Source: Abditibacteriaceae bacterium (GTDB taxonomy: Bacteria > Armatimonadota > Abditibacteriia > Abditibacteriales > Abditibacteriaceae). From it: 21,697 bases of DNA. The stretch spans positions 1 through 21,697 of the forward strand of contig JANPJS010000030.1 of NCBI GenBank assembly GCA_031425655.1, read 5' to 3'. The position numbers and the translations under genes are program-made. Shown here piece by piece: positions 1-7,947 of the stretch. How positions within the stretch are numbered: position 1 is the first letter of the stretch; the number at the start of each line of letters is the position of its first letter. Below the pieces are notes generated by a model. It did no database searches and was not told where the DNA came from. It saw only the letters and a program-made list of their open reading frames with translations.

Positions 1-77
1 GCGATGGTTGTCTCGCCTTTTTCCGCCTGCTGTAACAGGCCGATAATCCGTTCCTCGCTCCACTGTCGGGTTTTCAT
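1..77 (-). CDS. IS3-family transposase OrfA, N-terminus (partial)
   Basis: Hand translation from ATG at 77 gives MKTRQWSEERIIGLLQQAEKGETTI, matching the IS3/IS407-type OrfA start pattern (MKKSRFSEEQII.IL..AE.G). Confidence 0.8.
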   Translation of the reverse strand, partial: MKTRQWSEERIIGLLQQAEKGETTI

Positions 78-140
78 CTCGTCGTTCCTTTGGCTGAGAT
101 TCTAACCTTTCAAATGGATCAGTTTTTGGGGTGCAGGTCA
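1..140 (-). mobile_element. Left end of an IS3-family insertion sequence (runs off the window)
   Basis: The minus strand starts at 140 with TGACCTGCACCCCAAAAACTGATCC, a TG-start terminal repeat typical of IS3 elements. An AAGGA RBS and an OrfA-like ORF follow. Confidence 0.8.
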
Positions 141-230
141 CACGCTCTGCCAAACGTCGGTTTAGAGTTGCTTTTCTTATTTTCTGACACTGAGGCCCAA
201 TGGTCTTAGATTTCAGCCTGACAAATTGAT

Positions 231-1589
231 TTAAGTGACGGTTATGTTGTCAGATTTCTCACGACGAAGCAGAAGGTAGCCTATTGTGCCAGCCATGACT
301 GAGGCCATGAGAATACCCGTTTTAGCAGCGCCCAGTAAGGGGCTCTCTCCAAAACCCAGAGAAGCAATGAACAGGGACATGGTAAAGCCAATGCCTGCCA
401 AGAAACCCACGCCGATCATATCGCGCCACTCGACCCCGGCAGGAAGCTCCGCAATACCCGCGCGCACCGCCAACCAAGAGGCGGCTAATATGCCGATGGG
501 CTTACCGATAACCAATCCGAGAATGATTCCTACAGGCACCATAGCGGAGGAGCCCGTGATGCTACTCAGAGAAAAAGCGACTCCTGCATTAGCAAAAGCG
601 AAGATGGGCATAATTGCGAACTGAACCCAAAAATGCAGCGAGTGTTCCATCTTTTGCAGAGGCGCTTGCACATCTTCACAGATTTCTTCCAAGTGAATCA
701 CGGCATGTTGTTGGGCTTCATCGGTCAACATCGGCGACGGCTCTAAGGGACTTTTCTCAAATTGATCTAAGATGGCGCGAGCTTGCTGTAAAAAAGGAGC
801 CGGATCAATGCGGTTGCGAGCGGGGATAGTCCAAGCCACCAACACGCCTGCAATAGTTGCATGGACTCCTGACTGCAAGAAAGCCAGCCAAACCAGCACT
901 CCTAAGATGACATAGACCACAATGGTGCGGATACCAAACACGTTTGCGAGTGTCAGCAATCCTAATAGGCCAAAGCCGATGGACAGGGCGACAAAGTTAA
1001 TTCCGCTCGAATAAAACACGGCAATGACCAGCACCGCCATCAAATCATCAACAATCGCCACGGCCGTTAGAAACACTTTGAGGCCAAAAGGAACGCGGCT
1101 GCCCAGAATCGCAAGCAGACCCAAAGCAAACGCAATATCGGTGGCCATCGGCACGGCCCATCCCGCTAAACCGGGCCGGCCAAAGTTGCACAGAGAGTAA
1201 ATCAAGGCGGGAACTGTGACTCCACCGACAGCGGCCACAATGGGCAAAAGGGCTGCGCGGAGATTGGAGAGTTCACCAACAATAATTTCACGCTTGATCT
1301 CTAAGCCAACCAAGAAAAAGAAAATGACCATCAAGCCATCGTTGATCCAATGCAACAAGCTGAGTTTCAGTTGGTAGGCACCAAAAGAGATTCCGACGTA
1401 GGTATGCAGCAGCGAATCATACGAGGCGGCTAAGGGCGAGTTGGCAATCACCAAAGCCAGAACAGTGGCGATCATGAGCACGATCCCGCTTGAAGCGGAA
1501 TTCTGGATGAACTCCTGCATCGGACGGAGCACACGCGCAACCGGTGTTTCCGCCCAGTGGGAAGCGGGAAGCAGATTTTGTTTGGTCAT
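231..1589 (-). CDS. nhaA: Na+/H+ antiporter NhaA
   Basis: 452-aa polytopic membrane protein with the NhaA motifs WINDGLM..FFFLVGLEIKRE, PMATDIAFA, AIVDDL (paired Asp), GVHATIAGV, GKPIGI and GIGFTMSLFI. Confidence 0.96.
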   Translation of the reverse strand: MTKQNLLPASHWAETPVARVLRPMQEFIQNSASSGIVLMIATVLALVIANSPLAASYDSLLHTYVGISFGAYQLKLSLLHWINDGLMVIFFFLVGLEIKREIIVGELSNLRAALLPIVAAVGGVTVPALIYSLCNFGRPGLAGWAVPMATDIAFALGLLAILGSRVPFGLKVFLTAVAIVDDLMAVLVIAVFYSSGINFVALSIGFGLLGLLTLANVFGIRTIVVYVILGVLVWLAFLQSGVHATIAGVLVAWTIPARNRIDPAPFLQQARAILDQFEKSPLEPSPMLTDEAQQHAVIHLEEICEDVQAPLQKMEHSLHFWVQFAIMPIFAFANAGVAFSLSSITGSSAMVPVGIILGLVIGKPIGILAASWLAVRAGIAELPAGVEWRDMIGVGFLAGIGFTMSLFIASLGFGESPLLGAAKTGILMASVMAGTIGYLLLRREKSDNITVT

Positions 1590-1610
1590 GAGCTGTGGGA
1601 ATAACCAGTT

Positions 1611-1877
1611 TTAGTCTTGGCGGTTCCGGGGCCGGTTCTTATCGAGAATCCCGACCAGAATGAGAAGAAAAGCCAACAGGCGCACTACATAGAGAAAGAT
1701 TTGATCCTCGCCCGTTTGTGAGGTAAGAGCTAAGGCCAGCCTTTGTCCGGCCAGCACCCAGAAAGCGACCGCAAAAAAGATAAATAATCGGTCGCCGCTC
1801 TTTTTCCAGAACCTCAAAAAGAAGAGCCCGGAGACGAGATAGCCCATGGTCATGGCGCCGGAAATGAATTGATTCAT
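1611..1877 (-). CDS. Small 3-TM membrane protein, DUF5985-like
   Basis: 88 aa with three hydrophobic segments and the pattern GLFFLRFWKKSGDRLF..FAVAFW...YVVRLLAF.LIL..I.DKNR, recalled as DUF5985. Confidence 0.75.
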   Translation of the reverse strand: MNQFISGAMTMGYLVSGLFFLRFWKKSGDRLFIFFAVAFWVLAGQRLALALTSQTGEDQIFLYVVRLLAFLLILVGILDKNRPRNRQD

Positions 1878-1906
1878 AATCTTGGTTCAATACGATCCTG
1901 CCGCCA

Positions 1907-2164
1907 TCACTCGGCCTCCCAGATTAAACCGTAGAGCAGCAACATCAGCCCCAATAAAGCCGGTGCGCTGCGCAGCAAGAGAAGATCGGTATCCGGGTAG
2001 ATTACCTTGTCCACAAAAAGCAGAGCATTGTTCAGTGCAAGCCCGACAAAGCAGAGGCCGCTCCAGAATAAAAGACGCACCTGACTCTTGGCGTAGCCGC
2101 GCAGTAGCAGCACGGCACACGTCAGGTTGGTCAGGGCACATAGAATGTAAACGATTGCTGCCAT
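1907..2164 (-). CDS. Small 3-TM membrane protein, DUF5985-like (second paralog)
   Basis: 85 aa preceded by an AGAGGAG RBS. Pattern VY.LCALT.L.CA.LL.RGY.....RLL.WSGLCF.GLALNN.LL..D...LLYGLIWE. Confidence 0.75.
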   Translation of the reverse strand: MAAIVYILCALTNLTCAVLLLRGYAKSQVRLLFWSGLCFVGLALNNALLFVDKVIYPDTDLLLLRSAPALLGLMLLLYGLIWEAE

Positions 2165-2193
2165 TGTTCTCCTCTTGTGATTCGTTACGCTTC

Positions 2194-2583
2194 TCAGTCG
2201 TCTTTGCGGATGCGAAACGCTTCGGCAAAGCTAAAGAGGCTGCGGGACGGTCTGGCAAAGATGCGTTGGATAACCGCATCTTTGCGTTCTTTGTAATCGC
2301 GATCCAGTTGCTGCACAATGCGCCCCAGCATGGCTGAGCCAGGAGCATAGCGATAGAGGCTCTGGTCAGTCTCTTCGGCGGTGAGCAATCCGGCTCGCTC
2401 GAAGCCGGTTAACCACGTTAGGATGGACTCAGTTTGGCTATAAAGCGCCTTGCTGAGTTGCACGGCACTCCAGGCTTGGTCCGCATGGTTATGAAGAAAG
2501 AGAAGAGTTTCCATCTGCCCCACCGAAGTGATGTGCTCCGAGATGAATTGCTCGACTTCTGCTGAAATCCCGCTCTTGGCCAC
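2194..2583 (-). CDS. Conserved hypothetical cytoplasmic protein, possibly winged-helix-like
   Basis: 129 aa with a GTG start after an AGAGGAG RBS. It has a helix-helix-hairpin-like segment (WSAVQLSKALY...LTGFERAGLL...YRYAP) and a C-terminal FAEAFR. It lies 29 bp upstream of the first DUF5985-like gene. Confidence 0.7.
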   Translation of the reverse strand: MAKSGISAEVEQFISEHITSVGQMETLLFLHNHADQAWSAVQLSKALYSQTESILTWLTGFERAGLLTAEETDQSLYRYAPGSAMLGRIVQQLDRDYKERKDAVIQRIFARPSRSLFSFAEAFRIRKDD

Positions 2584-2709
2584 AAACTCTCCTCTGTCGG
2601 CTTTACTAACCGCATGGGTTTAGCACAGTTGGCGTGCCAACGGAGACGCGCCTCCTCGCCGAGTGACCGGCTTCATGCTCTTTGAATCGAGTTCAGCCAC
2701 AGGCCTGCT

Positions 2710-3112
2710 TCAGCCTCCTTCAGGTAGGGAGAGGGCGCGCACTTCCTCGCGTAGTGCCTGAATCTCACGATGCAAGTCTGCAATCGACTGGGCACTGGCT
2801 AATTCGGCTTCTTCGTTTTCGGCGTCGCGTCCGATAAAAAAGGTCGCAACGGTCGCCGTCACGTAACCAAAGACGGCAAAAGCATAAAGCGCCAGTAAAA
2901 AGCAGAGCACGCGCCCTTCGGCGGTTTGGGGCCAGTATTCAGAACCGGAGGTCGTCATCAACATCACCGTCCACCAGAGGGCCGCGCTGTAGTTTTTGAG
3001 ACCTGAGCCATCGGACAGATCACCCTCAAAGGCAAACATTCCGGCGGCACCCACCAGTGTGACCACAACCGTGAGGGCCAGAACATAGCCGAAGCCGCGC
3101 CGCCCCATTGTA
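2710..3112 (-). pseudogene. Ion channel (K+ channel superfamily), probable 3' remnant: TM-pore helix-TM plus C-terminal coiled coil; upstream flank replaced by a Tn3 end
   Basis: [13 protein letters not shown]...[36 protein letters not shown]...[15 protein letters not shown]. The frame abuts a Tn3-family IR at 3113. Confidence 0.8.
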
Positions 3113-3150
3113 GGGGTCACCGTAGAAAACGGAATTAATTGCACGTTAAG
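3113..3150 (+). repeat. 38-bp Tn3-family terminal inverted repeat (element A)
   Basis: GGGGTCACCGTAGAAAACGGAATTAATTGCACGTTAAG, 37/38 identical to 17333-17370. Confidence 0.95.
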
Positions 3151-3597
3151 CCTTTGGGAGCGGTCTGAGTGGTCTATATTTGCCTTTCTCGCCCCGTTTG
3201 TTCTGCCGCCAGACATAATGCCGGTCAAATTAATATGTTCCCAGCCCAAAGGTGATAGGTGTTGCAGTAGGTTTTCATCCACGCTCTGCCCCTGATTAAT
3301 GAGTGCTTTGATAGCGCGGTCAAGATAAACGGTATTCCAGAGGACGATGGCAGCCGTCACGAGATTGAGACCACTGGCCCGGTATCTTTGGTTCTCGAAA
3401 CTGCGATCCCGCATTTCACCAAGCCGATTGAAGAATACGGCTCTGGCCAGTGCATTGCGGGCCTCGCCCTTATTCAAACCAGCGTGAACGCGACGGCGCA
3501 AATCCACATTTTGCAGCCATTCCAGCATGAATAGAGTCCGCTCAACCCGTCCCACTTCGCGCAAAGCAACCGCCAGACCATTTTGCCGGGGATAACT
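3146..3597 (-). pseudogene. tnpA: Tn3-family transposase C-terminal fragment, frameshifted
   Basis: [23 protein letters not shown]...[21 protein letters not shown]...[13 protein letters not shown] 1-bp deletion near 3220 (GGC ATT instead of GGC GAT) shifts the frame. Restoring it gives [24 protein letters not shown] with the stop inside the IR. Confidence 0.9.
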
Positions 3598-3635
3598 GGG
3601 GTCTGAGTAGCAGCGGAACAGAAAACCTATGTAAG
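3598..3635 (+). repeat. Left IR of element B
   Basis: GGGGTCTGAGTAGCAGCGGAACAGAAAACCTATGTAAG. Confidence 0.95.
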
Positions 3636-3670
3636 GCTTTCAGCCGAGGCATTCAACCTTGTGGTTTAGC

Positions 3671-3790
3671 GTTCCAATTGGGTACACCCAATTGGAACAT
3701 CGGCTCCGAGACACAAATCCTGTCTTATTAGGGTTGATTCCGGGATTTTGAGACGATACGGTTTGACGATATAGAGCCTATTGAGACAAT
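3671..3790. promoter_or_regulatory. res site of element B, with site I crossover palindrome at 3671-3698
   Basis: GTTCCAATTGGGT-AC-ACCCAATTGGAAC has perfect 13-bp arms around a 2-bp centre, the serine resolvase site I geometry. TGTCTT/TGAGAC half-sites between it and tnpR fit accessory sites II/III. Confidence 0.8.
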
Positions 3791-3792
3791 CC

Positions 3793-4350
3793 ATGGCATT
3801 TTACGGCTACGCACGGGTCAGTACAACCGACCAAGATTTGTCCATTCAGGAGTGCGCGCTGCGCGTTGCTGGCTGTCAGATTATCCGGGCCGAAAAACGG
3901 AGTGCCACCAAACGGGATGGCCGAACTGAGTTGCAAATTCTACTCGATTTTCTGCGAGACGGGGATACGCTGGTGGTTACACGCATTGACCGGCTTGCCC
4001 GCTCGATGAAAGATCTACAGGACATCGTGTATGAACTGAAAGCCAAGGGTGTGGCACTAAAGGTAACCGAACAGCCGATCGACACCAGTACCGCCTCCGG
4101 CAAGGCGTTTCTTGATATGTTGGGCGTGTTTGCCGAGTTCGAGACCAACCTCCGTCGTGAGCGACAAATGGAAGGGATTGCCAACGCCAAGGCCAAAGGC
4201 ACTTACAAGGGGCGCAAGCAATCGATCAATGCGGCAGAGGTGAGACGTCTTCATATTGAGGAGAAACTTGGTGCTACGGCGATCGCTGTGCAACTTGGGA
4301 TCGGGCGCGCCTCGGTGTATCGCGTGCTCGCTGGTGTTGACCAGACCTGA
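3793..4350 (+). CDS. tnpR: Serine resolvase
   Basis: ATG at 3793 gives MAFYGYARVSTTDQ (catalytic Ser), then GDTLVVTRIDRLARS, ERQMEGI and a C-terminal HTH (IAVQLGIGRASVYR). The stop overlaps the tnpA start (TGATG). Confidence 0.95.
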   Translation: MAFYGYARVSTTDQDLSIQECALRVAGCQIIRAEKRSATKRDGRTELQILLDFLRDGDTLVVTRIDRLARSMKDLQDIVYELKAKGVALKVTEQPIDTSTASGKAFLDMLGVFAEFETNLRRERQMEGIANAKAKGTYKGRKQSINAAEVRRLHIEEKLGATAIAVQLGIGRASVYRVLAGVDQT

Positions 4351-7300
4351 TGCCAGTCAGCTTCCTCACCCCAGAGCAAGAGTGCCAATACGGACGGTTC
4401 CCGACGGATGTCTCGACTCAGCAGTTGGCTCGATATTTTCATCTCGACGACAATGATCGCCGGTTCGTGATAACTCACCGTGGAGCGCATATGCGACTTG
4501 GTTGCGCAGTGCAACTCGGCACGGTGCGATTTCTCGGGACGTTTCTTGAGGACCCCTGCAATGTGCCTGTGAGTGTGGCGAGATTTGTGGGTGATCAGCT
4601 CAATATACCAATCGCTGGGACGCTGGATCTGTATCGATCCAGCCGATGGCGTTGGCACCACCCTCTCGAAATACGGAAACATTACGGCTATCGAGACTTC
4701 TCAGACCGGTTCACACAATTCCAACTAAACCGCTGGCTTTACTCGCTGTGCTGGACTGGCACAGATCGCCCGAGTACCCTTTTCGACCGAGCTACTACCT
4801 GGTTGGTCACGCAGAAAGTGTTACTGCCCGGAGCGAGCGTGCTCGAACGGGCCATTGTGCGTGTGCGCACCCGTGCCAATAGTCGCCTCTGGCGTTTGCT
4901 GGCGGGACAGATTACGCCTGACCAACAAGAACGGCTTGGTGCCCTGCTGGTGGTGCCGGAGGGCGGGCGACAAAGTCCAATGGACCGGCTCCGATCAGGG
5001 CCGACTCTGCAAAGCACGAATGAGTTGGCACGCGCGATCACGCGCCTTGACGAGGTGCAGCGACTTGCGGCAGATCTGCCACGCACCGACCATCTACCGA
5101 AGATACGTGTCCTGGCGTTGGCACGTTTCGTTGGTGCCGCCAAAGCCCAAGCAGTTGCCAGACTGCCGGATGAGCGTCGCGCCGCCATCCTGCTGGCGTT
5201 CATCCAAGCGTTGGAAGCAAGCGCACAGGATGATGTGCTTGACCTTTTCGACCTGCTTGTTACCCGTATCTTTGCCGATGCCATACGCAAAGGACGGGAA
5301 GCTCGGCTCCGCAATCTCCGCGATCTGGACGCTGCTGCGCTGACCCTGAGCAAAGTCTGCGCGCTACTACTTGATGCTGAGGTCGAAACCGCCAATCTTA
5401 GGACGGCGGTGTTCTCTACTGTGCCGCAGGCCGCTCTTGAAGCGGCTGTGGCACAAGTCGACAGCCTGACCAAGCCACCGGACGATCCGTATTTTGACGA
5501 ACTTCTGGACCAGCATCGGCGCATCCGACGTTTCCTGCCCCAGTTCGTTCGTACCGTTGGCTTCGATGCCATGCCGGAGGGGCGACCACTGTTGAAAGCA
5601 ATCGAGCATCTTCGCAGGCTTGAGGATGGCAAGGGGCGCTATGAGGTGCTGCCTACGGAGTTTGTTCCGAAATCCTGGGAGCGCCGAGTCCTCCAAAATG
5701 GTGTTGTCGACCGGCGGGCCTGGACCTTGTGCCTGGTTGATCGCCTACGCGGAGCAATCCGCCGCCGTGATGTTTTCGTCACACCGAGCCTACGCTTCGC
5801 TGATCCGCGCATCGGCTTGCTTGACGGCGCAGCTTGGGAAGCCGCGCGACCGACTGTATGCCGCACTTTGGGAAAATCTCAGAACGCGGCTCAAGAAATT
5901 GCCCAACTCTGCGAACGGCTTGACCAAACGTTTCAAATAGTTGCCGACAACCTGCCCCAGAACGCCAGTGTCCGCATCGAAAAGGACGATACCGATGTAG
6001 ACCTGGTGCTCACCGGGTTAGATCGTCTCGAAGAACCAGCCAGCCTAACGGCTTTGCGGATTGCCGTCGGAGCGCGGCTGCCACGTGTTGACCTGCCGGA
6101 ATTGCTCTTGGAAATAGATACCAGAACCGAGTTTGCCAGCATGTTCACACACGTCAGCGAAGCGGATTCTCGTGCGCAAGCCTTGTCAACGACGTTGTGT
6201 GCTGTCCTGCTGGCCGAGGCGTGCAACACTGGTTTCGAGCCACTGGTGCGTTCCGATGTGCCGGCGCTCCGGAGGTCGCCCCTGAGTTGGGTCCGGCAGA
6301 ACTACCTTCGCGCCGAAACTCTGAGCCAAGCCAACGCCCGACTCGTCGCGGCTCAAAATGGTATCGCCCTGGCCAGGCAGTGGGGTGGTGGCGACGTTGC
6401 CTCTGCTGACGGGGTGCGCTTCGTTGTGCCGGTGCGTACTATCCACGCGGGCCCGAACCCGAAATACTTTGGCTCCGAACGTGGCGTTACCTATTACAAC
6501 CTCGTTTCCGACCAGTTTACCGGCCTGAACGCCATCACAGTGCCCGGCACCCTGCGCGATAGTCTTGTGCTGCTGAGTGTCGTGCTGGAACAGGAAACGG
6601 ATTTCGAGCCGACTGAAATCATGACTGACACTGGTGCGTATACCGATGTGATCTTCGGCATTTTCTGGTTACTTGGCTACCAGTTCAGTCCGCGAATCGC
6701 CGACATCGGCGGGACGCGTTTTTGGCGTGTTGACTCTGCCGCCGATTATGGCGTTCTCGACAAGCTCGCTGCGCACAGGGTAAAAACCGGCATCATTGCC
6801 GAACATTGGGACGATCTGCTGCGTTTGGCTGGCTCGCTCAAGCTGGGTCTCGTGCAGGTTAGTGGACTGATGCGCACCCTCCAGACCAACGAGCGGCCAA
6901 CACGCTTGGCACGTGCGCTTGAGGAACTCGGGCGAATCGTGAAGACACTCTACCTGCTTGGCTACATGGACAATGAAGCTTACCGACGGCGCATTCTCAC
7001 TCAGCTCAATCGAGGTGAGGGGCGTCACCAGCTTGCCCGCGTTGTCTTTCACGGCAAGCGGGGTGAGCTGCGCCAGCGTTACCGCGAAGGCCAAGAAGAC
7101 CAACTCGAATCCCTCGGCCTCGTGGTCAATGCGATTGTCCTCTGGAACACCATCTATATGGATGCGGCGCTTGACCAACTGCGGGCAGAGGGATTCGATG
7201 TTCAAGAGGAAGATGTGGCACGGCTGTCACCGCTTGGTCATGAACACATCAATATGCTGGGGCGTTATGCCTTCACGCTACCGGACCGAGTGGCCCGTGG

Positions 7301-7352
7301 GGAATTGCGCCCACTGCGAACCGGAGCAGCCCTTTCCGATGATGAAGCTTGA
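4350..7352 (+). CDS. tnpA: Tn3-family transposase (Tn3-subgroup-like), 1000 aa
   Basis: The N-terminus MPVSFLT.EQ...YGRF...QLARYFHLD resembles Tn3 TnpA. DDE motifs are SADG, MTDTG and NRGEG, and the ORF is uninterrupted. Confidence 0.97.
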   Translation: MPVSFLTPEQECQYGRFPTDVSTQQLARYFHLDDNDRRFVITHRGAHMRLGCAVQLGTVRFLGTFLEDPCNVPVSVARFVGDQLNIPIAGTLDLYRSSRWRWHHPLEIRKHYGYRDFSDRFTQFQLNRWLYSLCWTGTDRPSTLFDRATTWLVTQKVLLPGASVLERAIVRVRTRANSRLWRLLAGQITPDQQERLGALLVVPEGGRQSPMDRLRSGPTLQSTNELARAITRLDEVQRLAADLPRTDHLPKIRVLALARFVGAAKAQAVARLPDERRAAILLAFIQALEASAQDDVLDLFDLLVTRIFADAIRKGREARLRNLRDLDAAALTLSKVCALLLDAEVETANLRTAVFSTVPQAALEAAVAQVDSLTKPPDDPYFDELLDQHRRIRRFLPQFVRTVGFDAMPEGRPLLKAIEHLRRLEDGKGRYEVLPTEFVPKSWERRVLQNGVVDRRAWTLCLVDRLRGAIRRRDVFVTPSLRFADPRIGLLDGAAWEAARPTVCRTLGKSQNAAQEIAQLCERLDQTFQIVADNLPQNASVRIEKDDTDVDLVLTGLDRLEEPASLTALRIAVGARLPRVDLPELLLEIDTRTEFASMFTHVSEADSRAQALSTTLCAVLLAEACNTGFEPLVRSDVPALRRSPLSWVRQNYLRAETLSQANARLVAAQNGIALARQWGGGDVASADGVRFVVPVRTIHAGPNPKYFGSERGVTYYNLVSDQFTGLNAITVPGTLRDSLVLLSVVLEQETDFEPTEIMTDTGAYTDVIFGIFWLLGYQFSPRIADIGGTRFWRVDSAADYGVLDKLAAHRVKTGIIAEHWDDLLRLAGSLKLGLVQVSGLMRTLQTNERPTRLARALEELGRIVKTLYLLGYMDNEAYRRRILTQLNRGEGRHQLARVVFHGKRGELRQRYREGQEDQLESLGLVVNAIVLWNTIYMDAALDQLRAEGFDVQEEDVARLSPLGHEHINMLGRYAFTLPDRVARGELRPLRTGAALSDDEA

Positions 7353-7384
7353 ATCTGAGCCGGATGTCATGGCTTCCTGGAGGT

Positions 7385-7422
7385 CTTACATAGGTTTTCT
7401 GTTCCGTTGCTACTCAGACCCC
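7385..7422 (-). repeat. Right IR of element B
   Basis: The reverse complement is GGGGTCTGAGTAGCAACGGAACAGAAAACCTATGTAAG. Confidence 0.95.
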
Positions 7423-7570
7423 GAATTCACCTTTGGCCACGCCATCGGGCACCACAAACGAATAACGTCCCAACATATTGATGTGCCGATGAATTAGCGG
7501 CGATAATCGGGCTACATCTTCTTCGCGAACAGTATGACCTTCGCTCTGAAGTTGATGAAGCACGGCAGCA
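7423..7570 (-). pseudogene. tnpA: Short C-terminal fragment of another Tn3-subgroup transposase
   Basis: Hand translation gives AAVLHQLQSEGHTVREEDVARLSPLIHRHINMLGRYSFVVPDGVAKGEF. This aligns with the element B C-terminus AALDQLRAEGFDVQEEDVARLSPLGHEHINMLGRYAFTLPDRVARGEL. Confidence 0.9.
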
Positions 7571-7584
7571 ACGGGCGGTGCGCC

Positions 7585-7939
7585 CTATCCGCCGTCGAAC
7601 ATCATTAAACCCGGATCGAAAAAGAGAATGCCCATTTTCTCCTGTGCCGCGACGGCGCGAATCGCCGGTTCTTTGGTGAGTTTTTTTTCGAGAAGCGTGT
7701 TTTGCGCTACGATGATGCCGCGCACAACGTCGCATTGGGGCGGCAGCCAAAAGAAAGCAATGCTGGGTTTTAGCGGCTTTCCCTTGCGCTCCGGGCGCTC
7801 TATGACGGTTTGATAAGGCCACAATTCATCCGGCGGCACGTCGGCCCTGAGCACAGTGGGCGATGTTGCTCCTTGCGCCATTGCCCACTGAAGAAATCAG
7901 CATCGAACACGCGGCAAAAATCACGAATAAAAAGCGCAT
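7585..7939 (-). pseudogene. 5' fragment of a secreted protein gene, frameshifted and truncated
   Basis: A GAAGGA RBS and ATG at 7939 give the signal peptide MRFLFVIFAACSMLISSV. Removing one G (GTGGGCAATG) joins it to AMAQGATSPTVLRADVPPDELWPYQ..., which ends at the tnpA fragment. Confidence 0.6.
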
Positions 7940-7947
7940 ATATTCCT

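Larger units (their letters stand above)
3113..3597 (-). mobile_element. Remnant tnpA-side end of a Tn21-clade Tn3-family transposon (element A)
   Basis: A 38-bp IR followed by a tnpA 3' end, cut at 3597 by another transposon. Confidence 0.9.
3598..7422 (+). mobile_element. Apparently intact cargo-free Tn3-family transposon (element B, 3825 bp): IR-res-tnpR-tnpA-IR
   Basis: 38-bp IRs at 3598-3635 and 7385-7422 (one mismatch) enclose resolvase and transposase genes. The flanks TAACT and GAATT are not duplicated. Confidence 0.95.

Noticed and set aside
2622..2640. Sigma54 promoter (TGGCACG on the minus strand)
   Set aside because: The -12 element reads CTGT. The nearest GC is 2 bp out of register for the strict -24/-12 spacing.
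2710..3564. Genuine 284-aa transposase-channel protein
   Set aside because: It is a chimera crossing a transposon IR, produced by a 1-bp frameshift.
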